Positions 8,312 through 18,800 of a stretch of DNA of 64,000 nucleotides are shown in pieces (the first letter of the stretch is position 1; the number at the start of each line of letters is the position of its first letter). Origin of the DNA: an uncultured Fibrobacterota bacterium. Lineage in GTDB: Bacteria; Fibrobacterota; Chitinivibrionia; Chitinivibrionales; FEN-1185. Position numbers and translations under genes: made by a program. The stretch is taken from NCBI GenBank assembly GCA_963729895.1, contig CAVSQB010000016.1, positions 64,001 through 128,000 on the forward strand, given 5' to 3'. Under the pieces are notes generated by a model. That model worked only from the letters and a program-made list of their open reading frames with translations, had not been told where the DNA came from and did no database searches.

Positions 8312-10822
8312 ATGGAATCGTATGCCATAGCAGGCATTGTTATTATCGCCTTGTCCGCCTTTTTCAACTGCCTGTTCGCGCTGATGATTTTTCTTCACCG
8401 GCGCAGGACCCCTCGTTTCAGCGCCACGCCGCCCCGATTCCCCACGGTGAGCATATTGTTGACGATGCGCAACATGGATGACGGCCTCGAAGAAAACATT
8501 GCTTCGGTGTTGTCGTCCGCATATCCCGACTTCAATGTCTTTGTTGCCGTTGACAGTCTGGAAGATTTGTGCGTTCCGGTTTTGGAGCGGGCGATTGCAC
8601 GGTTTCCCGGTGTCCGTTCCACGGTAGTCGCGACCGGACATTTGGGGTCCGGCAATCCAAAGATCAACAAACTCGCACGACTCGAAGCAATGAGCGACGC
8701 TTCGCTTTTCTGGGTGCTTGATTCTGACACGCGCGTATTTCCCGATACGCTTTCCGCGCTTGTCGCTCAACACATCGGGTCCGGAGCGCACATCGTATTC
8801 AGCCCCGTACGGTGCAGCGGCGCCCGGACGTTCGGAAGCGTTCTGGAAATGAGCTATGTCAATTTCTTCCTGTCCGGCAGCATGCTTGCCGCATGGAAAT
8901 TATTTCGCGCGAGAGTCGTCGTCGGAAAATCGCTCCTTGTGGATGCGCGCGCATTGCGGCACTTCGGCGGATTTGCCTATTTCGCCGATGTCCTTTCGGA
9001 AGACCACTGGCTCGGGGAAGCCTTTCATCAAAGCGGCTTTGTCGTTCAATGCAATTATACCTGGGTCAACAACATCAAGGAGACGACAACCGTCAAGAAT
9101 TTTTATCGAAGGATACGCCGGTGGGCCACGCTCCGCTTTTGCCTCACAACGCCGGTGTACCTGCTGGAGATCCTGTTCAATCCAATCGGATTGTCGCTGC
9201 TGTTCATGCCTGTCTTGAAGTCATTATTTCTTCCGCTGTTCGCAGCGCTCGTGTTTCTGCGGCTGACCCTGGAATATCTGGTCTTCTTTGCCGTGAATGA
9301 GAATGACCGCCGGAGTTTGAAAGTTATTTTCGGACTTGCGCCCGCGGTACTCATAAAAGATTTGATCATGCTGTGGGTCTACTTTATCCCCTTTTTCAGT
9401 CGGCAGGTGCTGTGGCGGGGCAGCAGGATCAAAATAGCGAAAGATACCCGGATAATCGTCAAAAATGCTAGTCCGGCGGGTCGGTTAACATCTGATAAGA
9501 AAACAACCATTGTCACGGTACTCATGGGGCTTGGACATCTGAGGGCCGCTTACCCGTTACTTTGTCTAAAACTGGGAAAAATGTTGCCCTGTGGCTCAAA
9601 AGACTCCACGTCGCCGGCGGAGTACAGAATCTGGCGCAGCGTTCGCAGATCATATTATTTCATTTCACGCTCCGAAGATGTGCCGGCTCTCGGAAGCCTG
9701 CTGACGCGCGCGCTGGCATGGGTGGAGAAAATCGACCCCGATTACCGTCTTCGCGATCTGTCAAAGCCAACCTTTCTGGTCCGATTTCTGGACTACCTTA
9801 TCACCCATCGGGGCGTGTGCAGCGACCTTACGGAAAAACTGAAAAATGTGGACGGCCCGATCATACATACCTACTTCGCAACCGCGATCGCCGCGGACAA
9901 GGCGTTCGGCGCAGACGCAAAGAAGGAGAATTACCTGGTGCTCTGCGACAGCGATTTCAACCGCGTGTGGGTGCCCAAAGATCCTCATCGCAGCAATTTG
10001 CGTTATTGCGTACCCTGTTCCCAGGCCAAGCGCCGGCTGATTGCCTACGGAGTTGCGGAAGAAAAAATATACACGACCGGATTTCCGCTTCCGCCGGAAA
10101 ATACGGGCTGCGATGAGGACCTTGACACATTGAAAAGCGACGTGTTCGAACGGTTGCAGCGGTTGGACCCGGAACACCGCTTTTTTCAGGCCCATGACAC
10201 GGAGGTAGTGCAGGCGCTCCATCGCACACCCGCCTTGCCGAATGGAAAGACCGAACCGTTCACCATTACCTTCGCCGTCGGCGGAGCAGGGGCACAGGTC
10301 AAGCTGGCATGCAACATTGTAACCTGCCTTGGCGACTCCATCCGAAAAGGAATGATCAGAGTCATACTTTCGGCCGGAATTCAGAAAAGGAGCCTGGTAA
10401 CAATACTAAAGCATGTAAACCAATGCGGGTTGTATGGTGAACTCGGCAGGAACGTCCAGGTAATCTTCGACTCGGACCCTTTCCGGTATTTTGATGCATT
10501 CAACCTTTGCCTGCGAAGAACGGATGTCCTGTGGACAAAACCAAGCGAACTTGTTTTTTATGCCGGCCTCGGCATTCCCATCCTGATGGCGCCGGCAATA
10601 GGCTCGCATGAGGAATTGAACGCAACCTGGCTGCACAACATCCGTGCCGGCATAGAACCGCCCGGTCCGGTTGAATCCTGCAACGAATGGCTCTTTGATT
10701 TGCGCGACAGCGGCAGGTTTGCCGAGGCCGCATGGAACGGATTTCTCAAAGCGCGCAAACGGGGAGCCTTCAGAATCAAGAGGCTTGTCCAAGGCGAACC
10801 GGCCGGAGAAGGTGGTCCTTGA
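8312..10822 (+). CDS. ceramide glucosyltransferase/HpnI-like GT21 domain fused to a second GT-B-like domain
   Basis: N-terminal half: TM, NPKINKL, DSD, EDHWLG, RIRRW and C-terminal TMs. C-terminal half: MGLGHLRAAYP, TGFPLP, GGAGAQ, TKPSE and HEELN (MGDG-synthase/GT28-like layout). Confidence 0.78.
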   Translation: MESYAIAGIVIIALSAFFNCLFALMIFLHRRRTPRFSATPPRFPTVSILLTMRNMDDGLEENIASVLSSAYPDFNVFVAVDSLEDLCVPVLERAIARFPGVRSTVVATGHLGSGNPKINKLARLEAMSDASLFWVLDSDTRVFPDTLSALVAQHIGSGAHIVFSPVRCSGARTFGSVLEMSYVNFFLSGSMLAAWKLFRARVVVGKSLLVDARALRHFGGFAYFADVLSEDHWLGEAFHQSGFVVQCNYTWVNNIKETTTVKNFYRRIRRWATLRFCLTTPVYLLEILFNPIGLSLLFMPVLKSLFLPLFAALVFLRLTLEYLVFFAVNENDRRSLKVIFGLAPAVLIKDLIMLWVYFIPFFSRQVLWRGSRIKIAKDTRIIVKNASPAGRLTSDKKTTIVTVLMGLGHLRAAYPLLCLKLGKMLPCGSKDSTSPAEYRIWRSVRRSYYFISRSEDVPALGSLLTRALAWVEKIDPDYRLRDLSKPTFLVRFLDYLITHRGVCSDLTEKLKNVDGPIIHTYFATAIAADKAFGADAKKENYLVLCDSDFNRVWVPKDPHRSNLRYCVPCSQAKRRLIAYGVAEEKIYTTGFPLPPENTGCDEDLDTLKSDVFERLQRLDPEHRFFQAHDTEVVQALHRTPALPNGKTEPFTITFAVGGAGAQVKLACNIVTCLGDSIRKGMIRVILSAGIQKRSLVTILKHVNQCGLYGELGRNVQVIFDSDPFRYFDAFNLCLRRTDVLWTKPSELVFYAGLGIPILMAPAIGSHEELNATWLHNIRAGIEPPGPVESCNEWLFDLRDSGRFAEAAWNGFLKARKRGAFRIKRLVQGEPAGEGGP

Positions 10823-10962
10823 TGAGAACGATGGCTTCCCCCTTGCCAACGATGTCCACGGATGTGGTTCCGCAGTACCGGTCCTCTCCGAAAACTATTG
10901 CTGCCCTCATACGTTTATAACATGCGAATGCGATGTTATAGGATGAACAAGGAGCGTAACGT

Positions 10963-11784
10963 ATGAAACTGCTCGTGATTTCGGACCTGCATATCGCCGA
11001 CAACGAGCATCTGGGCACCTTCGGATGGAACCGTGAAGACTTTATCGGGAAAATAGAAGCGGTCCGGCGGGGATATGCCATCGACAGGGTCATCCTGAAT
11101 GGTGATACGTTTGATCTTTATAAAAGCAACTATCACGACATCGAATCCGGCAATAGAGAGATCATCGATTACCTGAGGCGAATCGGCTCGGTCTTTATCA
11201 AAGGGAACCACGACTTCGCGCTCGGATACGGGCAGAACCATTTCGGAACAATCAACAGCAAGGGAGAAAGAATTTACATCGAACACGGGCATCGGGCGGA
11301 TTTTATCAGCGGAACGCCGCTCGGACGATGCATGGGAAATTTCTTTTACAAAGTATTAAAGCTCCTTGCCAGGCTGTCGATCACCCGTATGCTCTATTTT
11401 GAGTACCTGGAGCATGACGAGGGGTTCAAGGGACACGGAAAATACAATTCGTACAAATATCTCCGGTATGCGGTGAAACTGCTCAGGAAATACGACATGG
11501 TCGTTCTGGGCCACACCCACAAAATTGAATTCCACAACACCTATTGGCTCAACAACAGGAAGCGGTACATCAACAGCGGTTCATGTTCTTTCGGCAGGTT
11601 CCAGGGCATTGTCATAGACACAGAGACGCTCCATCACTCGACGATCCGCATGGATCCTCCCCGGCCGCCCTTCGCTGTTCCCGCGGCTGCACTGCCCAAG
11701 GCGCCCCGGAAGAAACTGCGCTCCTTTGTCAACGACGGGGCGCTGGTTCCCGCCGCCGTTCCCTGTTCGATCCCTTGCCGGTAA
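10963..11784 (+). CDS. calcineurin-like metallophosphoesterase, LpxH/PlcP-like
   Basis: SDLHI, NGDTFD, GNHD, EHGH, GHTH and NSGS motifs; AAGGAG RBS. Confidence 0.85.
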   Translation: MKLLVISDLHIADNEHLGTFGWNREDFIGKIEAVRRGYAIDRVILNGDTFDLYKSNYHDIESGNREIIDYLRRIGSVFIKGNHDFALGYGQNHFGTINSKGERIYIEHGHRADFISGTPLGRCMGNFFYKVLKLLARLSITRMLYFEYLEHDEGFKGHGKYNSYKYLRYAVKLLRKYDMVVLGHTHKIEFHNTYWLNNRKRYINSGSCSFGRFQGIVIDTETLHHSTIRMDPPRPPFAVPAAALPKAPRKKLRSFVNDGALVPAAVPCSIPCR

Positions 11785-11874
11785 GATAGGCCGCCCAAGT
11801 TTTTGAGGGTTGCCGGCGCAAATCTCCCGACTTCCGGCAAGGGCGGCCTGCCGCGCCACGCCGTTGCAATTGTG

Positions 11875-11913
11875 CTAACCAATTCCAAACAAAACTCTCA
11901 GCAAAACGTCATG
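11875..11913 (+). promoter_or_regulatory. 11-bp-periodic tandem boxes
   Basis: CTAACC-N5-CAAACA-N5-CTCAGC-N5-GTCATG upstream of 12019. Confidence 0.5.
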
Positions 11914-12018
11914 AATTCCAAGTATTTTATGTACGGTGCGAGGATAAACGGAAGGTCAAAATGTGAAATGTTCAAATCAATTTCTGCTTTAAACAATACT
12001 TCACAAAGGCGGTAAGGT

Positions 12019-12225
12019 ATGGCAACAAAGCAAAGAACCGGCGTCAAAACGGCTGCACCGCAAAAAACGGGTCTTTCCGTTGATCTTGACCAGTTCAAGG
12101 CGGAGATCGAGAAGCGGGCCAGGGAAATCTTTCTCAAGCGCCAGAAATCGCTGGCGCCGGGAGACGCGCTTTCCGACTGGCTTGTGGCGGAAAAAGAAAT
12201 CAAGTCAAAGCATCTCATTTCCTGA
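12019..12225 (+). CDS. DUF2934-like small protein
   Basis: IEKRAREIF...DWLVAEKEI matches the IxxRAYxIW...DWxxAExE pattern. Confidence 0.75.
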   Translation: MATKQRTGVKTAAPQKTGLSVDLDQFKAEIEKRAREIFLKRQKSLAPGDALSDWLVAEKEIKSKHLIS

Positions 12226-12438
12226 TACCAGCCATAACCAAACTATTGTTCCGGCGGTTTAATTTGGTTGATTCCGCGGTTTATTGACTTTAGGCGCGGA
12301 AAATCTTCGCTTTCGCCTGTTTCCACCCTTGACAGAAGGGTTGCGTTACGGCTATGGTTGTGACGCCGGACACCGGTCGGCGGATTTGATTGCCTTGCAA
12401 GACACCTTATCCTTCCATTCCCAGAAAGGAAAAGAACC

Positions 12439-13059
12439 ATGGACGACAAGAACGCCCCTGTCTTGTTCCCCTGTGCAAAGCTCTCGATTGCCTATTCCCC
12501 CGCGTCGGACCGTTTGACCGCCTTCTTCAGAATATTCTGCTCCATCCCGGTCGTTATCGTGCTTGTCCTGCTGTCCGGATTTCAATCAAAGGACGTCCAT
12601 TGGGTCGCTCCGGGCATTCTGTTTCTGCCGACCGTCCTTGTCATTCTCTTCAGGAAGAAGTATCCGCGATGGTGGTTTGACTGGAACTGTGCCTTGACGA
12701 AATTCTCTTTGAGGGTGATGGCCTTTATCCTGTTGTTGCGCGATGACTATCCTGCTCTTGAAGAAGAACAATCAGTGCGCGTGGAATTGAGGTACCCCGA
12801 TGCTTCAAGAGACTTGTCCAGAGGAATGCCTTTAGTGAAGTGGTTCCTCGCGATCCCTCATTTTGTCATCCTGGCGTTTCTGGCTGCGGCTGTTGTCGTT
12901 TTGACTGTTGTTGCATGGTTTGCCATCCTCTTTACCGGCAGGTACCCTGCCTCAATCCATGCATTCGCGGTCGGCGTTACACGGTGGGGTTTACGGGTAA
13001 ACGCGTATGCTTTCCTGCTTATTACGGACGAGTATCCGCCGTTCAGGTTGTCCGAATAA
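12439..13059 (+). CDS. DUF4389 membrane protein
   Basis: Two repeats of ILFxxxYP...RVxA(F/Y)xxLxxD(D/E)YP; WFLAIPH. Confidence 0.85.
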   Translation: MDDKNAPVLFPCAKLSIAYSPASDRLTAFFRIFCSIPVVIVLVLLSGFQSKDVHWVAPGILFLPTVLVILFRKKYPRWWFDWNCALTKFSLRVMAFILLLRDDYPALEEEQSVRVELRYPDASRDLSRGMPLVKWFLAIPHFVILAFLAAAVVVLTVVAWFAILFTGRYPASIHAFAVGVTRWGLRVNAYAFLLITDEYPPFRLSE

Positions 13060-13134
13060 AGCGCGGATGGATATGAGATCACCGCGGATTGCCGCACCAC
13101 CAAGCCGGTCTGATGCGAGTAAGAGACAACTACC

Positions 13135-13740
13135 ATGACGAACATCGGAAGTATTCGCGTTGGCGCCCTTTTGACGCTACTGCTCGTATCATCGGCAACT
13201 CTTGCCGGGGGATCACGACAAGTTCTGTTTGTGATCGACATGCAGACCAACCTTCTCAGCCCCGGCAAAGGCGGGCTGCATGTGGATCTCTTTCTTGCGG
13301 AACCGGTAATCACACATGTCAACAGCGCCGTTCACGCCGCCGACTCCCTCGGCATTCCGGTCTTGTATATCCGGAACGTGTGGACGAACCCCCTTGTAAA
13401 TTTCTTTACACATGACGTTTGCAAGAAAGGGACCGCTGGAACGGAACTGGACAAGAGGGTAGACATCGTGGATTCGCTGTTCTTTGAGAAATCCTCGGGA
13501 AATTCGTTCGGCAATGCGCAATTGTCGGATTACGTAAAGCGACATGAGGTCACAACGATCTACGTAACCGGGATCATGGCCGAGGGGTGCGTCGGCGCCA
13601 CCGCAGTCGAAGGTCTCAGGAGAGGCTTGGATGTCAGGCTCGTTGTACCGGCAGTCGGTTCATCCTCGCGGTCAAAACTCGAAGCGTCCCTGCGCAAGCT
13701 GAAGCATAAAGGTGCGATTGCGGTGCAGCAGGTTAAGTAG
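13135..13740 (+). CDS. isochorismatase-family cysteine hydrolase, probably exported
   Basis: VIDMQ, FEK and GIMAEGCV (D-K-C triad); hydrophobic N-terminus. Confidence 0.85.
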   Translation: MTNIGSIRVGALLTLLLVSSATLAGGSRQVLFVIDMQTNLLSPGKGGLHVDLFLAEPVITHVNSAVHAADSLGIPVLYIRNVWTNPLVNFFTHDVCKKGTAGTELDKRVDIVDSLFFEKSSGNSFGNAQLSDYVKRHEVTTIYVTGIMAEGCVGATAVEGLRRGLDVRLVVPAVGSSSRSKLEASLRKLKHKGAIAVQQVK

Positions 13741-13832
13741 ATCTTCGTTTATATTTCGGGGCGAACCTGGTCTTTGAATTTTTGCCGATGCACTTGCCTA
13801 CTATTCTTTTTGCCAATGCTCAAATCGCTTGA

Positions 13833-13847
13833 TGGCATAAGAATTGC
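13833..13847 (+). promoter_or_regulatory. sigma54 -24/-12 motif
   Basis: TGGCATAAGAATTGC (GG-N10-GC) in an intergenic region. Confidence 0.5.
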
Positions 13848-14009
13848 CTCATCCCAGAAACCCAGGCGTTGAAGACAGAGGTGAATCCTGCAGCGGCCGC
13901 CCGCGCGCGACCGAAAATCCGAACAGCACAAGAGGAAGCGGCGGCGGAAGATGGTTTGAACCAAGGTTCGGCAATGATCGAAACAGGATCGCCGGGCCAG
14001 CAGATGCGA

Positions 14010-14780
14010 TCACAACACCTTCCGATAGGCCAGGTACCCGGTGAACGTGGTGCTGCCCACTCCCAGGTCCCGGCCCGCGGAAAAAACCAAGCCATCATTT
14101 TTTGTCAAGTGCCACAGGAACGCAAGGTTGGCGCCCAGACCGTTTACGTCGTCGGTTTGAGCCGCGGAGTGAAAAAACAACTCGCCTCCCACGCTGAAGG
14201 CATCTCCCAGGTCCCGCTGCAACGCGCCGCCGGCAAAGACCCAGTCCCTGTTTCCGGGTCCCCGATTGATCCAATACCCGCCGCCTCCGAATGCACACCA
14301 CGGGCCCCAGGACTTCTGCAGCCACAACGGCAGAAACGCCTGTACGTAACCGGCGCCCAATCCACGCTTTTGGTCTCCAACGGGCAAGACCGCCTGTGGA
14401 TAAAATGCCGCTTGGGGACATGAGCCGCTCTCCTTTAGAAAGCGGTATTTCGCGCCGAGCTCAATATCTCCCAGGCCATAATTGGCGGAATACGCTTGCA
14501 CCCCGCGCGGTGACGCGCTGTAGGACATTTGCGGAGAAAGACTCAGTTGCAGGTTATCCAGTGCGCCGTAGTTCACCTCCAGTTGCGGGCAACCGCCGAC
14601 AACGCCGGTTGCCTCGGCAGATGCATACGCCGCAAAAAACAATTCCCACTGGCCCGGTTCCGGCGGTTCGGGATCGTCGGTCTGATACGGCGGACCGGCG
14701 TCAATGTTGACCGCTACGACTGCCAGAGCGAAGAACAGAGCAGGGTGTTTGCAGGGCCTCACGAAAAAACTTTTGCCCAT
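14010..14780 (-). CDS. putative outer-membrane beta-barrel/transporter protein
   Basis: Signal peptide, GPPYQTDDPEP motif, GDIELGAKYRF and alternating beta strands. Confidence 0.7.
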   Translation of the reverse strand: MGKSFFVRPCKHPALFFALAVVAVNIDAGPPYQTDDPEPPEPGQWELFFAAYASAEATGVVGGCPQLEVNYGALDNLQLSLSPQMSYSASPRGVQAYSANYGLGDIELGAKYRFLKESGSCPQAAFYPQAVLPVGDQKRGLGAGYVQAFLPLWLQKSWGPWCAFGGGGYWINRGPGNRDWVFAGGALQRDLGDAFSVGGELFFHSAAQTDDVNGLGANLAFLWHLTKNDGLVFSAGRDLGVGSTTFTGYLAYRKVL

Positions 14781-14814
14781 TCCAAATCCCGGTCCAGAAT
14801 TGCCCCACGTAAGG

Positions 14815-15798
14815 TTATTTCGGTATCTCTGCAGTATACACTTCCGCTCCGGCCGTATCGACCATCGTGACCTTCATCTTCGCGGGCGTCAACAGAACCT
14901 TCGTGTACCCAGGAACCGACTTCGCGAACACTGTCTCCGGTAGCGGATCGAGCATGGGACGCACTTCCACGGTTCCGCACACAAAATAGTTCACATGGCC
15001 GGCCTTCGTCTTAAGGTGTTCGAAATCGTGGTCGTGACCGCAGAAATACGCGTCGACGCCCTTGCGCTCAAAAAGGCCCGCAAACATCGATTGCATGTCG
15101 CCGGTCTCCTTGCCGTGCGCGCTCCCGCTGGAGTAGACCGGGTGGTGCCCGAACACCAGCTTCCACCGCGATTTGCTGTTGGTCAAGCAACTGTCGATCC
15201 AGCGCATCTGCCTCGCCGCGTCCTGGCCGTCAATCTTCACATCGGCCTCCTTCGGCCCGCGGTACGACGATTGAAGCGGCGACGTATCGATGATGTAGAG
15301 ATCGGCGGCCGTGCTGTCATCGATTTTCTTGTGCACGGCAAAATACCGGGCAGGCATGTTCCAGCGCCGGCTCACCTTGGTGTAATCCACTTCCGCCTGC
15401 GGATTGCCGTGGTAATCGTGGTTTCCCAACGCCACATACCAATCGCATTCGAGCGCAGGATCGTTGAACACGTTTTCGAAATTCAGCATCCACAAGGGAT
15501 CCTGCACGCTTCGCACGCCGTTGACCTGGAAATTGTCTCCCACCGAGATTATAAATTTTCCCACGCCTTTCTCCGCCATGATTTTCGCCACCTCGGTCTG
15601 GTTCTTCTTCCCGTTCCATCCCCAGTCGCCAAGGACCGAAAACCGCAGTCCTTTTTCCTTATCGCCGCTATCTCCCTTTTTGGAAACTGTCTGCGCGGCT
15701 GATTTCGTCAGGTCGGTTTTTGTGCAGGCCGGCCCGGCGAGAATTGCGCAGCCGGCAATTGCCAGTGCAAAGGACCGGGTAATTTTGAAATGTGACAT
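14815..15798 (-). CDS. exported acid phosphatase (tartrate-resistant/purple acid phosphatase-like)
   Basis: GDWG, GDNF, GNHD, GHHP and GHDH motifs; signal peptide; AAGGAG RBS before ATG 15798. Confidence 0.87.
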   Translation of the reverse strand: MSHFKITRSFALAIAGCAILAGPACTKTDLTKSAAQTVSKKGDSGDKEKGLRFSVLGDWGWNGKKNQTEVAKIMAEKGVGKFIISVGDNFQVNGVRSVQDPLWMLNFENVFNDPALECDWYVALGNHDYHGNPQAEVDYTKVSRRWNMPARYFAVHKKIDDSTAADLYIIDTSPLQSSYRGPKEADVKIDGQDAARQMRWIDSCLTNSKSRWKLVFGHHPVYSSGSAHGKETGDMQSMFAGLFERKGVDAYFCGHDHDFEHLKTKAGHVNYFVCGTVEVRPMLDPLPETVFAKSVPGYTKVLLTPAKMKVTMVDTAGAEVYTAEIPK

Positions 15799-15836
15799 CG
15801 GGAGCTCCTTTAAAAAGGTGAAAACGTTCAGGCCGA

Positions 15837-18800
15837 CTAAAAACTCAACCTTACCCCGGCAAGCCCTGACCACCCATAGTACTCCATCTGTGTGGTGTGA
15901 GAAGGGTCGAGAAGGTATAACTTCTTGGGTGCGTTGGTGAGATTCTTGAATTCAACAATTGCCGTAACGTGCTTGGAAAACTTTTGAGCGGCCGAGCAAT
16001 CCAGTTGAAGATGGTCGTCAACGTAGACGCTGCCGAAATGGTCTCGGGCATCAATGAGCTGGACAATGCAATGGCTCTGATAGTTGAGAGCCACCCTTCC
16101 GGAGAAGCCGTATTTTTCGTAGAACAAAGCCGCGTTGCCGACATGCTCGGACTGTCCGGGCAATGCGGTCCATTGGTTAAGCTCCGGAATAAGCGTTTTG
16201 GACCAGGTATAGATGTAATTGCCGTTTATGCCGAACCCGCTCAGGAATGATGGTAAAAAGAAGAACTGGAATTGCAATTCCAATTCAAGGCCCGCAAGGT
16301 TGGCCGTGCCGCCGTTTGCCTTGGTATAATAGGCCCATGTCGATTTGGACTGGTTGAAAAACGTGTCTCGCTCGGCCGCGAAGATATAATCGTGCATCTG
16401 TTTGAAGAATGTGCCGGCATAAACAATGCTTTTCCTGCTATTTAGAGTTAGAAAATACTCCCAACTGAGATCATAGTTGTCGGACGTGGTGGGCTTAAGG
16501 TCCGGATTACCCTCTATCGCGGTGCGGACATTGTCGTCTACGTTGTAAACGATATGCGGAACCAGGTCATACCATTCCGGCCTGGAAAATGAGCGGGTGT
16601 AGGATGCGCGGATATTCATGTCCTTTTCCGGGGAATATTTGGCAAGTACCATGGGCAACGGGAAGAAGAAATTCTTGTACATGTCAACGGTGAAGGTCTT
16701 TGCCCAATTATTGGACGTATTGACAGAATCGCCATAGCCCGAGTAACGCATCGATGTATACTCGAATCGAATGCCGGCCAAGAGTGTAAGGCGGTCCATC
16801 TTGAGGGTGCCCATGCCGTAGCCGGCGCCGTTAAAATCGCGCGCGGAAAAGGTTTCGGGATCTGACGAAAGAGGATTGTTGGGATCGGCCACGAACCTGT
16901 CGCCGGGATTCACGACATTGTTGAGGTAATGCGGCGAAGCGAGGTACGCACGAACAAGCCCCGGGTCCGGCATATTGTTCATTGCATATAAACCATTGTA
17001 AAAATTGTTATTGGAATAGCTTCCGACAAATGAAGTAAGATTTGGGGATTTGTATCTCCCCGTATCGTAATATGTGGTGACCTTGAGGGTCTGGTCCTTA
17101 AAATGGTCAAGCAGTTTGGCGCCGGCCTTTACTTCAAGATTGCCGAAGTCAAGGTCGAACGGTTTCTGGATGTTACATTGTCCGGAGATCGAGTTTTCGC
17201 TCGACTGTGTGTTCTCGATTTTCGCGCTGCTCATCGTCAAGTATTTCATGTTGTTAAAGGAGGAGTCGTAATTGAAAACCTCAACGCCCGACAAAATGTT
17301 TGACTGGTAATCAAAAATATTGATGGGCTCGAATGTCGGCCGATCGGCATTGGAATGATTAAAAAGATATGACGACCCCGAGGAACGGTCAAAGGTAACA
17401 GTCATTTCGTCGGGTTCGCTGCTGTTTGCATACGAATAGGCAACGTTACCATCTATGGAAATGTCACTTATTTTTATCGCGCCTCCCAGCGTGGCGCTCG
17501 CTATGTTCTGTTCTTTGTAGGTGTCCTTGATGGAACGTGTGGTGGGCACTTCGCCGACAACGTCCTTGTCGTCCATGGGTCGCGCATCCTGGTCCTCCAG
17601 GTCAAACCCGAGAGTGCGCCGGTCTTCCTGAACGCCGTATTTGTTGAACGAGCCAACCAGAAAGATATTTGACTCTGCAGTAAAGTGATAATCCAGCCTG
17701 CCGTTGACGCCGATGCGTTCATTGGTTTTATTGTAATCACGGTATTGCATCGTATTTAGATAAGCGGCCCCCACCCCCTTCGGATTATACGTCGAGGTGT
17801 CCCAGTCCAGCTCGATTGCCTGTGTTTCTTTCTCGTCCCTGTAATAACTGCCGCCCAGAAAAACACCGAGCCTTCCGTCCTCAAGGAAGCGTTTGCTGAT
17901 TGAAGCGGATCCCTGGTAAATGGGCGTGTTTGAAAGCTGGGTGTAGCCGGGCGTCAGGTTTAGATTTGCCCGCAAGTTGGTATCCTTTGCAGTCGATGTA
18001 ATCAAGTTCACGGTTCCGCCGATGGCGTCGCCGTCCATATCCGGTGTTAGTACCTTACTCACTTCTATTTCTGCAAGCTGGTCGGCCGGGATCACGTTAA
18101 GCGCTACGGCACGCGTCTGCGCGTCGGGCGAGGCGATGCTCTGGCCGTTTATCGTCACTGTTGACAATCGCGCCTCGGTTCCTCTGATCTGAACGTATTT
18201 ACCCTCGCCTTGGTCCCGTGATATTGAAATTCCCGGAACACGCTGCAACGCGTCGGCCGTTGATTGATCGGGAAGCTTTTCGATAAGCTCGGCGTCTACC
18301 ACGTTCTTAAGGTTGTCCGAATTCTTCTGTTTGTTGTAGGCGCTTGCCTGGCCTTCCGATTTGCCCACCACAACCATTTTGCCAAGGTTTTTGGTGGCAT
18401 TCCACATTGCAACGGTTGGAAGACGGATTTCGCCGCCGGTTGCCTTGACCGGAAGCGTGTCGGCCAAATAGTCCGGGAACGAAAATACGAGCGTATACGA
18501 TCCCGCGGTGTCGTACGCAATCGTGAACATTCCGCTTTTGTCACTCTTCGCCTCAGGCGAGGACGCTCCGGAAACCGAGATGCTCACGCCAGAAAGAACA
18601 GCTTGACTAATGCCGTCCATAACCCTTCCGGTAATGATCCCCGGTGCGGCGGCCGCAGCTGAAGAATCCACGACTGCGGTCGAACGGGCCGAATCAGGGA
18701 TTTTGATTGCCGACAGCGAATCCGTTGCGTGAACGCCGGAATCCGCTGCAATGCCGTGCCGCGATGAATCCGCGATTTTTGCGGACGCAAGAGAATCAGC

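Noticed and set aside
12329..12385. Hairpin-rich leader of the DUF4389 gene as a riboswitch
   Set aside because: It overlaps a plausible TTGACA-N18-TATGGT promoter, so most of it may not be transcribed; no known aptamer consensus.
13869..14423. 184-aa plus-strand ORF behind the orphan sigma54 motif
   Set aside because: Mostly antisense to the 14010..14780 gene, no RBS and no motifs.
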